Shown: positions 37,643 through 51,701 of the stretch, one piece after another
How the letters are laid out: each line of letters opens with the position of its first letter
Position numbering within the stretch: position 1 is the stretch's first letter
Assembly: GCA_951406725.2 (NCBI GenBank)
Contig: OX597820.1
Span: forward strand, 15,314,001 to 15,378,000
DNA: 64,000 nt
DNA from: Octopus vulgaris
Lineage: Eukaryota
Direction of reading: 5' to 3'
Notes under the pieces: generated by a model
Told to the model about the DNA's origin: nothing
The model's input: only the letters and a program-made list of their open reading frames with translations
Database searches by the model: none
Position numbers and translations under genes: made by a program

Positions 37643-40629
37643 GTTACTTCTTCAATACTCTCACTTCATAATGTAGTCAATGTCAGAAGCTTTAAGTTTT
37701 CAACATTTCTGTCAAACAATAAAAAAGAAAAAGAAAACTAGTAATTCAATACATATTCAGTAACATTCAGATCTTTGTAATTTCATAACATTTAGCCTGT
37801 CGGAGTCTTTAGCACTTGATTCTGGGATTCTCATCATATTGCACACTAAACAGGTATAAAATTTTTACACATAGCTTTTAGGGTATGTATGTGTGTTTCT
37901 TAGTGTTAAGGCAATGTAACAGAAAAATAAAAAAAAATGAAAATAAAACAAAAGTGAACAAGAAGGAACATTAGCAAGAGCCATACTTTCACACAAATCT
38001 CATTATATGAAATATTTCTTGTGCAAAGGTTACATACAACACTGCCTTTAGCATCAAACAAATATTTATGTGATACATTAACTTGGGTACTAAAAAAAGT
38101 TAAATATTGCACTTGGGTTAGAAACAAAATATGTTGCTTTTGGCAGGGTTTGAATTCCAAGCCTCTTGGTAAATAGTTCTGCACCCATTAAGACAAAGGA
38201 ACTTATTGTTTTGCTATTTCTTTTTGTTTTTTCTTTCTTTCTTTTAAACCTTGCATAGCAGATGTGTGGTAAATTATCTCTTTTTGATAGGGCACTACTG
38301 TAACCCAAACAAGAAAAATATTTATGATGGAATGGAATGTTTCAATTTAAATTTGAATATTTTTAAAATGTATATTTGCAATCTCAAGTAGGTTGGGATC
38401 AAAGGAGTTCAGACTGACAGCCGGTGTCAAAGGTGAACACTTAGGTCAGGTTGGAAAGTTAAAATTGTAAACCTCAAAGATTGGAAGTTTTCAAGTTATA
38501 GCAGACCTGGCTAGTAACTAAAATGTCCCAAAATCAAGCTAAATTATAAAATACAAAACATAACAACAGCAACAACAAAAACAACCTACAGCTGACTCTT
38601 ATAATATTAAAGCCAAAGAAACATTTGCTCATGCTACAGTGCTGCCACTGATTATAACAATTGAGTACAGCTCCCATTACAGAGTCTCTATATAGGTCAA
38701 GTAGTCCATGATTGTTTCTTGGTCATTTGGTCCTGGATACAGCCCCAGTTACATCATCAACATCACCGCTACCATCATTATAATGGAGAGGAGGAGGAAG
38801 AGGAGAAAAGAAGAGTGTGGTGGTGGTGGTAGTGAAAAGGATGACAGTTCCAATGTTGATGATTTCTATCACAAAAGGAACTTGTTTTGAATAGCCTTTA
38901 AAATGTATTTAATCAAAACATTCTGTGAGTTTACTAAATTACACAGCTTTGAGATACAAGTTTTCCTATGACTTCTGCAATTCATGGCTTTTATTTGTTT
39001 TATTGTGTGTGAGTGAGTGTGTGTGTGTGTATGAGTGTGTGTATGAGTGTGTATGAGTGTGTGTGTGTGTGTGTATGTATATGTGTATGAGTGTGTGTGT
39101 GTGTGTGTGTATACTTCTTCTAAGACTAAAACCACAATTTGAAGAAGTAATGGTGTTTAAATGAAAGCTGCTTGCTGACACATTTTATTGTTATTTAAGT
39201 TGAAGTTTATGTTAGATGCTTTATTTTGTAAGTAACCATGGAAACAGTTAGCTCTTACAGACCATTTGCCAAAATAAGCGAGAGGATGGGAGAACTTACA
39301 ACTTTCAAATTACAAGTGAAACTACACTACTAGTAGATAGAATAAAATGTCTATGTAAACTCAGAAAAGACTTAATTTTTTTTTTTTATTATTACTATTA
39401 AAAATTAACAAAATCAACACATTTTTCTATTTTTTTAACTTTTGATACTGCTGCAATGCATCATCATCATCATCGTTTTATCATCCCCTTTTCTATCCTT
39501 GCATGGGTTGGACGGAATTTATTGAGGTACATTTTCTATGGTTAGATGCCCTTCCTGTTGCTAACCCTCACTTGTTTCCAAGTGAGGTAATATCTTACCA
39601 TAACCAAGCATGTTTTCATGGAAGCTTAGAAACGAAGGACACTGCTCACATAATAGTGATACCTGTCTACAGCTATCATGTGATGTCAAAGCAAGAAGAC
39701 AGTAAGACGTACGACAGACTTCGTTCATTTCTTATCTACCAACTCCATTCGCAATGCTTTGGTCAGCCCTGAGCTGTACTAGAAGACACATGCCCAAGGT
39801 GCCACGCAATGGGACTGAACCTGAAACCTATGGTTGAGAAGCAAACTTCTTACCACACAGCCATACCTCTACCTGTTGTTATATATTAAATGACACAAAA
39901 CAATTTACCTCTGAAGTCAGATTTTCATATAGCGAAATTACAATTTGGATTTCTAGCACTAGGTATTACAACAGAGTGAATTATCTGAATTTATACAGAC
40001 AAAATGACATTGTCCTGGAATACATTTCTTAAGGCAATAAAAATATAAAGCAACTATGTGACATTAATTGGAGTTGACGAAAGCTTTGTTTATTAGATTG
40101 ATTCTCAACAAAATAATGATATATTTCTTGAAAAATCACATTAAGTGAAGGACAGAGAAGTAATTAAGATAATACATAGCGAAAAAAGATTAAAGTGTCT
40201 TTCCAATATAAGACAATAAGTATGTGACTCAGTTCAAATAATTAGAAGAAAGGACAAATATGTAGATTTGTTTATAAAACAAAAATGATGTAGAAACTGA
40301 AGTTAAGTGAAAATAATGAGGTAGTGTGTGGATGTAGAATAAATAAACTAAGATCAAATGTATCAAAAGTTTCAAGTTAAGTTTGTTTGTGATTGGAATG
40401 AGACTAACCACTTCTTAGAAGTTACCAATAAGAGTGATAAAATGAGATACGCACAGAAGAAAGGGATATAAATACAAGTGTTGCAAAGAAGTTTGCTTCC
40501 CGACCACATGGTTTCAGGATCAGTCCCACTGCATGGCATCTTGGGCAAGAGTCTTCTGCTATAGTCCCAGACTGACCAAATCCTTGTGAGTGGATTTGTT
40601 AGACAGAAACAAAGAAACCCATCTATGTG

Positions 40630-40674
<45 letters not shown>

Positions 40675-40826
40675 TCATCATCATCATCATCATCATCGTT
40701 TAACATCCGCTTTCCATGCTAGCATGGGTTGGATGATTTGACTGAGGTCTGGCAAACCAGATGGCTGCACCAGACTCCAATCTGATCTGGCAGAGTTTCT
40801 ACAGCTTGATGCCCTTCCTAATGCCA

Positions 40827-40877
<51 letters not shown>

Positions 40878-41946
40878 CATGTGGGGTGGAGATAGGTGGG
40901 GAGAGAGAGAGAAGAAGAGAGAGAGAGAGAGATAGGGAGAGAGTGTGTGTGTGTGTGTGTCTCCTGGTCTTGACATTGATAATTATTTATAACTAACACA
41001 CAGTCATACAAGCAGTGTCATTTGTTTTCAATATTCTGTGAGAATATGTCTGGCCATGTGGAAATATTACTTTGCTTGGAAACAGGAAGCTTATCAGACC
41101 ATAGAAAACCAGCTTTAATAAACTCCATTCAACCCATGCAACAATATTGTAAAAAGCAAGAGTGTAAATCATTTTGGATAGGTAAGTAATAAGGGGGCAT
41201 GTGTTGTAACAGCACATTGCTGTGCATCCCCCATTTGTTGGTGATTCCCTTACTCCTGGCCGATAACACCATAGCAACACTCAGGCAACAACCCTCCAAC
41301 TCATGGGTCTGTTTGAGGAGTCATTGCTGGTGAAGGTTTTTACAAAGTCAGAGGGCAAGTCATACCTCAACCTCTTTTAATTGCCTTTTGCAACACACAA
41401 AGGAAATGTTGGGTCTGTTCTTTGACATGCCAATCTCCACACAGTACAAGGATAGAACTGGTAAAAAAAAAGGTAAGTAAACATCAAGTCAGTGATTCTC
41501 ATTATAGCCTTCTTCCTTTCTCTATTTACTGTATGACATATACAACATAGGCTACAATGGTCAGTCACTCCTCAAACTTATGATACATGTTATCCTCATT
41601 TATCAAAAGTGCTTGGTTGCATAAATACACTGTGTTAAACGAATCAGTCATAAATAGAGGATAGAAAATATGGGAAAAGCAGATTTTTATCCCGAGACTC
41701 CCTTCTTCTACCATTCATTTCTGTTCTGTAACAAAATCATTACAGGACTGAGTTTTTGACACAAAACATTTCCAACAGAATGTTAGCAATTAGTGAGACA
41801 AGAGAGTTTATATACCATATAATTCTTCTTTCTTCTCCAAGGTGTTGGACAACTTTGGCTTTCGTGCTTTATCTCCTGTCTTTTTCATATTCATTTAATA
41901 CAGTAGTACCTCGGTTTACAAACACCTCTGATCACAAATAAATGTG

Positions 41947-42005
<59 letters not shown>

Positions 42006-42255
42006 GTGTTCAAAAGCAGAGGTACTACAGTACAATCTTAATTTTAATCATGGCAATTTGTTCTCATCCATTTTAATCTCCACTGCTCTCCAGGGGGGGA
42101 TGGGACTACTTCCTCCTACCTTATGAGAAATATTCTATTAAGTGAAGTGATATTTCTTTTATCCAACAAAGGCTATGAAGCTAAACCTAATGACAATTGT
42201 AGGTAAGAAAATTACAGTTAGAAATCAGTACTGGGTATTTTACTGATCAAGTATT

Positions 42256-42602
42256 CTCTTTTACTTGTTTCAGTCATTTCACTGTGGCCATGCAGGAGCA
42301 CTGCCTTTAGTCGAGCAAATCGACCCCGGGACTTATTCTTTGTAAGCCTAGTAATTATTCTATCGGTCTCTTTTGCCGAAATGCTAAGCTATGGGAACGT
42401 AAACACAGACACACAAACACACACATATATATACATATATACGACAGGCTTCTTTCAGTTTCCATCTACCAAATTCACTCACAAGACTTTGGTCGGCCCG
42501 AAGCTATAGAAGACACTTGCCCAATGTGCCATGCAGTGGGACTGAACCCAGAACCATGTGGTTGGTAAGCAAGCTACTTACCACACAGCCACTCCTGCGC
42601 CT
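42256..42602 (-). mobile_element. Family A SINE
   Basis: Reverse complement of the 23480/43016 copies. Confidence 0.85.
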
Positions 42603-43015
42603 AGTAGTGTACTAAATTAAAATGTTAGTGTTGGTAATTCATGAAAAAATACAAACATAGGCTTATGATAAATATATAGCAAGGACTAAAAAGGATAAAT
42701 AATTTAGAAGTCAAAGGAAATGATATTTCTTCTATAAAACTTAGATTCTCCTTCCCTAATTTAATAAAAGTTGCTGAAATCTCTTGTGAATAAATTTTTG
42801 TCTGATGATCAGATCAATAGAAAAATAAAGATAGAGATAAAAGTCTCTACATTAATATTGAAAATAAACAATCAAAAAGAAAATTTAAGTATTAATAGTA
42901 GATACTTTGAGTGAACTATAAAAAGTTTTTTTTTCCTACTCTATAAATACTAGATAGTCCTTAAAACTTCAGTAATCATTGGTTATGAACGACTTACAAA
43001 ACTATAGTCATTGAA

Positions 43016-43412
43016 GGCGTAGGAGTGGCTGTGTGGTAAGTAGCTTGCTTATGAGCCACATGATTCTGGGTTCAGTCCCACTGTGTGGTACCCCGGGTGT
43101 CTTCTACTATAGCCTCAGGCCGATCAAAGCCTTGAGAGTGGATTTGGTAGACGGAAACTGTAAGAAGCCCATTGTATATATGTGCATATATAAATATATA
43201 TGTGTGTGTTTGTGTGTCTGTGTTTGTCCCCCCATCATCGCTTGACAACCGATGCTGGTGTGTTTACGTCCCCGTAACTTAGCGGTTCGGCAAAAGAAAC
43301 CGATAGAATAAGTACTAGGCTTACAAAGAATAAGTCCTGGAGTTGATTTGCTCAACTAAAAGGCGGTGCTCCAGCATGGCCACAGTCAAATGACTGAAAC
43401 AAGTAAAAGAGT
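43016..43412 (+). mobile_element. Family A SINE, near full length
   Basis: Head, central TA/TG tract and gtaaaagag tail all present. Confidence 0.85.
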
Positions 43413-46099
43413 AATTATAATTTGCACCTCAGTATAAATGCAGGAAAGCTTAATCATTTAACCATCTAGTTAATTGTAGAGTTACAAATAGGTACCATAG
43501 TTGGAGGATGGAATCAGAAATATATATTAAAACTGCAAATCGTGATATAAATAAAATTTGTAGAAAAGATATTCTATGTTAATATGAATGAGATGAACCT
43601 AGAGCTAAAGCTTCTACCTTGTCATTAAACCTGCTAGAACTGACAGACAAATATCCCTCAAACTACACCCTACTGTCTTAAAAAAGAAGGACATATCTAA
43701 AATCTAGAACTAATTACACTATTTATGAAGGGTGGGTGAGAAAGTGCGAGTATGGCTTGACTGTCTTGATCATCGGTTTGCTTTATCAGGGCCAGCCGAG
43801 GAAATGGATCGCAACAAATGGAGATTTAAATTTTCAATAAGACAGGACCCTAGCATAGCTCCAGTATAATGACTGAAACCAGAAAAAGAATACAGAATAA
43901 CAGAGAAAAATTAATAAAGGGAGCGAATATATATGAAGTTAGCTAGAGGTAAGAAACTTTGATAGTGAAAAGGTGAGAAAAAGTGCTAAAGCAAAATAAA
44001 CAATGGCATAAGTATAAAAGAGTTGCTCTTAACACACCACACATTTTAATTTCACTTGGTTCTTGGACAAGTTCATTTGGGTGCAAGCATTTGGGCAGCA
44101 CTCCACTAAATCACCCTATTTGCATTTCTCATGCAGAATTTCAAGTCTTGCGAAAATCATAGTCATTGCTTCTACTTCTCTGATTAACTTCTAAAAAAAT
44201 ATTAAGTGCCAGATTTATTTAATAATTTCTGTCCTTCCTCAAAAAGTTATAACTTGTACCGATGTTAAAAGCCATTATAAAAGGCCATTATTCTATTATC
44301 AAACAGTCTAAATAACAAATATGTAACTAAATAGAGTCAACTGATTTGAAAGCAATTTTCAACTCTCCTTTCTAATAATGTCTGCAATTCCAAAATTATT
44401 ATTATTACTCTTTCCTACAGGAAATCCTTTTGGGAAAAATATAATACACTGAGGTGATGTAACAACAGCTTAAGTACTTAAATATGTTGTTAACACATAC
44501 AAAATGAATTTAAATACAAATAAATAAAATAATGACAAGAACTATGTATGACTTGCTAAAATTATTTCATGGAAGTCCTACTGAACATTAATCTTGCTTA
44601 TTAACTATTTCTGGGTCATTTGGTTTTTACTTGTATAAATAACCTTCAGAGAACTGACCAATGGTTTCAGGTAGGCTCAAGCATGGCTGTGTGATAAGAA
44701 GTTTGCTTTCCAACCACATGATTTTGGGTTCAGCCCCACTGCATGGCACCTTGGATAACTGTTTTCTACTTTGGCTCCTAGCTTGTGAATAGATTTGGTA
44801 GATGGAAAGAAGTTTGCTGTATATGAGGGTATACATGCACACGTCTGTTTGTCTTTATGTTTGCGTCTGTACCCAACATTGTTTGATGAACGATGTTGGT
44901 TTGTTTATATCCTTGTAACTTTGTGGTTCGAAAGAGACCAATAGAATAAGTAACAGACTTAAAAAAAAAAGTACTGTGGTTGATTTGTTGGTCTAAAGCT
45001 ATTCAAGGTGATGCCCCAGCTTGGCCATAGTCCAATAACTGAAACAAGTAAATGATAAAAGATAAAAATTAAAAAATGGAATGCTATTTCCTATAGTTAC
45101 TTAGTTCTATGTCAGCTCTGATCAAGCAGACCTATGATGAAAGTCACTTCGCCTATGACCATTCCATCAATTTTCAAAGTTTATCCAGGGCTACATTACT
45201 CAATACATCCTTCTCTTATTAACATTTGAAAAATTTTAGTTGCTATTTCCAGTAGGTTGAAGAGCCATATAGAGATTCCATTATTGATACTTGTTATTGT
45301 TGTAATGTTCCGTAATTAAGAGTTGTTCATTTGTGACAAAAATGGTAATGTAGAATTAAATGTTTTACAGTATTTAGGTTGTTTTTCTTTTTTCCTCAGG
45401 TGGTACTGGCAACACCATTTGAGCGTGGCCGTTGCCAGTACTGGCTGACTGGCGCTCATGCCGGTGGCACGTAAAAGCACCCACTACACTCCCGGAGTGG
45501 TTGGCATTAGGAAGGACATCCAGCTGTAGAAACTCTGCCAGATCAGATTGGAGCCTGGTGCAGCCATCTGGTTCACCAGTCCTCAGTCAAACCGTCCAAC
45601 CTATGCCAGCATGGAAAGCAGACATTAAATGATGATGATGACGATAATGATGATGATGATTCAAAACCTGTTTCTCAAGGTGCAGAGGAGTGGGTCTACA
45701 AAATAAGGACAAATAACATTGTGGGATCAGTCCACTCAATTATTCACTCACAAACAAAAAAAAGAACATGACTAATGCCTTTAGTATCAAAGATTAGAAC
45801 TTACAGAAAGATATGTGCACTATCTTAAGGTAAATATTAAGATTACTATGTGTTACTATTATAAATATAGCATCACAGTGCCATAATCTTACAAGAAAAA
45901 ACAAAAAGAAAAGATGCTAAAACAGCTTACTGGAAGATAAATACTACAAAAACATATAAAAGACAAAAATGTATGAAAAATAAAATAAAGCAGTAAAAGT
46001 AGAGATCACTTTCAAAAGAAAAATAAGATAATTTTTGGTGATAATAACATGTACAGTAGAAACAAAATTTATCTATTCTTTCTCCCAAACTCACCAACC

Positions 46100-46138
<39 letters not shown>

Positions 46139-47104
46139 CGTTTCAAATTTTTCCACAAGAGCAGCCATTTTGGGAGGGGAGATGTGTCAATTACATCGAC
46201 CCCAGCATTCAACTGGTACTTAATTTATCAACCCCAAAAAGGATGAAAGACAAAGTCGACCTTGGCAGAATTTGAACTCAGAATGTAGCAACAGGTGAGC
46301 ATTTCATCCAGTGCACTAACAATATTGCTGAGCATTTCATCCAGTGCACTAACAATATTGCCAGCTACTGTCAAACCGTCTGGCCCATGGTATCGTGGGA
46401 AATGGGCATTAAATGATGATATATATATATTATTTGTATATATAATGATGATGATAATAATTTCAAATTTTGGCACAAGGCCAGCAATTTCTGGGGAAGG
46501 GGTAAGTCGATTACATTGACCCTAGTGTTCAACTGGTACTTATTTTATTGATTTAAAAAGGATGAAAGGCAAAGACAATCATGGTGGAATTTGAACTCAG
46601 AACCTGAAGAGTCTGAAGAAACATTGCCAAGTATTTTGTCCAACACTCTAATGATTCTGCCAGTTTTGTTGCTTACTACTACTGCAAATAATAAGTTTCA
46701 AATTTTACCAAAAAAGGCCAGAATTTTAGAGGGAATTAGTTGATTACATCAACAAAGTGCTCAATTGGTATTTATTTCCTTGACCTTGAAAGGATGAAAG
46801 GTAAAGTTGACCTCAGGGAAATTTGAACTCAGAGCATACAGAGCCAGCTCATCACTTTACTAATAATGTGCCTCTGTACTTGTGATAGAGAAAGATAAAG
46901 GCGAAGGTCAATGGCCTCAGTACAACTGCTGACCCCTTACACATTGTCACAGACATATCAAAATATAGGTGGGTGGTTAGTGTAAAGGTAGTGACAGGTG
47001 ATTTGTGAGCAAATTTCAAAAAAGTTTGAATGAATTCTAAAAACCACAGAACCTCAAAGTTGTGTGCTGGTGCAGGCACAATAGTGATGAGCATGAGATT
47101 TTTG

Positions 47105-47170
47105 GTGCAGAGCAAAAAGCCTAGTTGCTACAGCTGTGGAAACAAAGGTCACCAGGGGACTTTTGGCCAG
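47105..47170 (+). pseudogene. Zinc-knuckle relic of a retroelement gag/ORF1
   Basis: VQSKKPSCYSCGNKGHQGTF has Cx2Cx4H spacing with the last Cys lost. Lies in a GC-richer block at about 46860-47500. Confidence 0.4.
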
Positions 47171-50100
47171 AAATACTGGAGATAAAAGGAACAAAAAATA
47201 GTGAGCAACCCCAGTCTCCAGTATAACAGGAGTCATAATTCTGAATTAGAGATCACCTTGTCCACAGTGCCTGAAGCTGTCCAGGAGAAAGACTCCTTTT
47301 CTCAACCATAAGGAGTGGTAACAGAGAGGGGAAATGGAGGAAGAGGAAAGTGGTCAACAGCAGTTACAACAACAAATAACACTGATTCCAGCACTTCAAG
47401 GAGTCAAAGAATTTGCCCTTACCCTCAACCCGGAAACTGATGAGCAGAAGACCTTTTCTCCTCCAACAGTATTACCCCACCATCATCTCATGACAATGGG
47501 AAAATAACCCGAAATGCTTCTGCATATTTAAAAAAAAAGCATCTTATTTTATTTATTGTATTCTTATATATATGAATAGATTTATATAGTCATTATATGG
47601 CTTTATAAACAAATGTCTTTTTAGTGTTAGATTTTTATTAGCTTTCATCCTTACATGCTTGTAATCCCTACTGTCCTAATAGTAACATTTCATAAAAGAA
47701 TGAAATTGATAGCAATTGCCTTCAGCGGCTAAATAAAGGATTATTAATACAATTATAATAAAGGGTGACAGATTGGCAGATTCATTAGAACATCCAATAA
47801 AATGCCTTGTGGTATTTAGGCCCTTTATATTCTAAGCTCAAACTCCATTGGGATCAACATTACCTTTCATCTTTCTAGACTAGATAAAATAAAGTGCCAG
47901 TCAAGTAGTGTGGCTGATTTAACCAGCTAACTTATTTCTTATTAAATGTGGCTCTGTGTTTTTGATAGAAATTGAATTGAATTAGCAGAATTGTTAGTTT
48001 GGACAGAGTACTTGGCAGTATTTGTTTTGGCTCTTTATGTTCAAATACCATTAATGTCAACTTAGCCTTCCACCCCTCTTGGATCAAAGAAATCAAGCAC
48101 CAGTCAAGAACTGGAGTTAGATATAATTGATGTATTTTCTGGCCTTGTACCAAAGTAAGAAAATAATAACTGCCACCACTAATCTAACCATTAATGAAAC
48201 ACAAATAAATATATAAAGATTACTGAAGGTTCCTGGAACTGTTTTAATATTATCATTTTTATTTTTATGATGGTTACTAAAGCACTAAGCCAATTACTGA
48301 AAATATCATAGCAAAGCTGGTTTACAAGTTCTCGCTTAGATCATCAGAACTACACCTCATGCCAATGAAAATAGAATGTAATTTCTATTAAAATATTCAA
48401 CCAGCGATTCAGTTATATCAATATTTACTCCAAAACAAAAGAGTATATAGAAACAAGTCCTAAAGTTATGGGTTTAAAACAATAACAATATTTGTAGACA
48501 ACGTTTTAAAGAACAGAAAGAGCAGGTGTATAGATACTTATATGGTACCAATTCATTTTCAAAACTAGTGATATATAAACACTTTCATGGTGTCATTAGA
48601 AATCATTATTACAGAATTTGAAGAGACAACTTGGGGGACGGATACAAAATGTTGACAGTGTGGCTAAGAAGTTTGCTTCACAATGACATAGTTTTTTTAA
48701 GTTGAATCACACTTTGTGACATCCTAGTTTAGTGTTTTCTGTCATAACCACAAATTAACTTCAAACTTGTGAGTGAAATTGGTTACATGTAAACTATATG
48801 GACTGTGCCATTTTTTGGTTGATAAATCTAATGTTAATTGGTTTAATGCCACCATCACCTCTCCCATGGATGCTTTTGTCACAAGGATTCAAACTTGACC
48901 TCTCTGGTCTAAGAATAACTTTATATCTTGAAATGCTACTTCCTACTGTAACAATCCCTAAGTTTCTTTCTCCCTTTCTCCATCAATCCTGAGGGCCCAG
49001 CAAAGATCATGGGCACAAGGACACAGCCTTATCACCTCTAACTAAACCATTCAAGACAACATTTGCATGATAGTTTAATGTGAATGCCATTCATTTCCAG
49101 TCTTTCATGAAAACATGTCTGGCCAAGAGGAAATATTATCATACTTGGAAGCAGGTGAGGGTTGGCAACAGGAAGAGCATCTGGCCATAGAAATTTGCCA
49201 ACAAATTCCATATGACTATTGCAAGTATAGAAAAGATAGACATTAAAGAAAGTGATTTATAACAGGTTTAATGCCTCAAATATGAATGATTCCCAATAGT
49301 AATTCCTCTGATTTAATAATTTAGAGACTGTGCAGCTCTCTAAAAAGGAAATTATGTGCCTTTTAGACTGAATGGAGTGAATTAACAAGCAAGGAATAAA
49401 AATAGGTTGAGGTTTACTGTGGCATTAACATATGAGAAGAAAATGAAACTATTATTAGAAATTTGTATCACCATTATTAGGGCTGTCACATGAGTGAAAA
49501 GTAGGCTTTTGTAATCACTAATGCCATATTCATGGCAACAGCATTTTTTAATTAATTCCCTTCACAAACTATTTAGAAGGATTTATAAAAAAATAGTTTA
49601 ATGCCAGAATTGATAGAAGACATTGCAAGTGAAAAGAGTCAATCACACCAACTAATTAATTAGAAATACTACAATAAATTAGATCAAGCCAATTACTTAA
49701 ATATGAAAAAAAAAAACTTTGGCAGAATCAAAAGTACAGGGCACTAAGACAAGCATTTCAGCTATATCACATCTACTAAAAATTCACACACACACACATA
49801 TATATATACATACACACGTATACATATATACATACACATATATACACACACATACATACACTTTCTCTTCTCTCTCTCTCTCTCTCTCTCTAAAATAAAT
49901 TTTTAAAAAAGTATCTATAATCCAGTCATTAAAATGGAAAAGGTAACATAAAAATGTCTCTTTCCAATATCAATAAAAAATAATCTATGAGAGAGATTTA
50001 AGATATAGATTTACTACCAAACATAAAATTTAAAAAAAAGTTATTATTTAATCCATTTAAACGTCATTAAAATAAATATCAGTAATTTTTTATGATGACA

Positions 50101-50506
50101 CAAAACCCTAATGTGGCAAGAGTCATCTCATATATTGACAGGAATTCTTCAGTTGTCAAAGATTTTTGCTAGACAAATGTTTATATTTGAAATTATTTTT
50201 CTTTTCAATGATTTCTATTTCACAAAATCAAACCGGTCTTACTTTAAAAGATAGATTGTTTAACAAATAGAAATTGCTAGCTTAAAGAAATACTGGCAAC
50301 CACTACTACTGTTATTATCACCAGCATTATCATTCTTGCATTCATTCTTCTATGTTGACAAGGAGTAGAGAAAATTTACCAAGGCAGGTTTTCTACAACT
50401 GTGTGCTCTTCCAATCACCAACACTCATTTGTTTTTCAAGTAATTTTTCATCCTATTGGTACACATACATCTGCTGAAGTATGAGGCATTTACTTACAGG
50501 AGAATG

Positions 50507-50888
50507 CTCTTTTACTTGTTCCAGTCATTTGATTGCGGCCATGCTGGAGCACCGCCTTTAGTTGAACAAATCGACCCTAGGACTTATTCTTTGTAAGCCT
50601 AGTACTTATTCTATCAGTCTCTTTTACTGAACTGCTAAGCTATGAGGACGTAAACACACCAATATCAGTTGTCAAGCGATGTTGGGGGGACAAACACAGA
50701 CACACATATATATATACATATATATGATGGGTTTCTTTCAGTTTCCGTCTACCAAATCCACTCACAAGGTTTTGGTCGGCCCGAGGCTAAAGTAGAAGAC
50801 ACTTGCCCAAGGTGCCATGCAGTGGGACTGAACCCGGAACCATGTGGTTGGTAAGCAAGCTACTTACCACACAGCCACTCCTGCACCT
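50507..50888 (-). mobile_element. Family A SINE, full length
   Basis: Reverse complement of 43016-43412; immediately followed by an older, interrupted + copy (about 50905-51470). Confidence 0.85.
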
Positions 50889-51500
50889 TATTGTTGAAAC
50901 AGAACAGGTGTAAGCATGTCTGTGAGGTTAAGAAACTTGCTTTGCGTTGTGGAAGATGCCCCCGGGTGAGAAGTGGGCTGGTCCACTACTAATAAATAGT
51001 GGACTGACACAGTCAGTAATGTGAGTCAGCGAGGTATGCTGTTCGGGCCAGTCCCACAGAGATGACGATATATGCCGTCATAATGCGGGACATAACACTA
51101 TGTAACCATGTGGTTTCAGGTTCAGTCCCACTGTGCAACAACTTTGCAAGTGTCTTCTAATTTAGTCCTGGGATGATCAATAATGCCTTGTGAGTGAATT
51201 TGGCAATTGAAAACCGTGTGGAAGTCTGCCATGTATGTATATGGGAGAGTACATATATATATATATATGTATGTCTGTTCTCCAATCCACTACTTGACAA
51301 CTGGTATTGGTTTGTTTACATCCCTGTTACTTAGCAGTTCGTTAAAAGAGACAGATAGCACACCAGACCTAAATAAGTGCTAGGGTCCATTTGTTTGACA
51401 TAACCTTTCAAGACAGTACTCCAGCATGGCAGCAGTTCAATGACTGAAGCTATTAACAGATAAAAGAGTTTCTTACACACATTCGCATGTATATCTATAC

Positions 51501-51701
51501 CAGTGCTTTTCAAACTTTTTGCTGGAGCGGAACCCCAAGGAAACATTCCACTGGCTCGAGGAACCCCTGTGCAATAATTTAATAGTCTTATACACACATA
51601 TCTGCACAGGAGAATTAAAAATTACTGCCGATTTTAGCAGTTTTGTAACTTCTTGTGGAACCCCTGGACTGTACTGGCGGAACCCTGGTTGAAAACCACT
51701 G
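51501..51701. mobile_element. hAT MITE, 201 bp
   Basis: TIRs cagtgcttttcaa / ttgaaaaccactg; perfect 8-bp TSD atctatac (51493-51500, 51702-51709). Confidence 0.9.

Noticed and set aside
46296-46361. 33-bp tandem duplication
   Set aside because: Local slippage inside a family B SINE; no sign of function.
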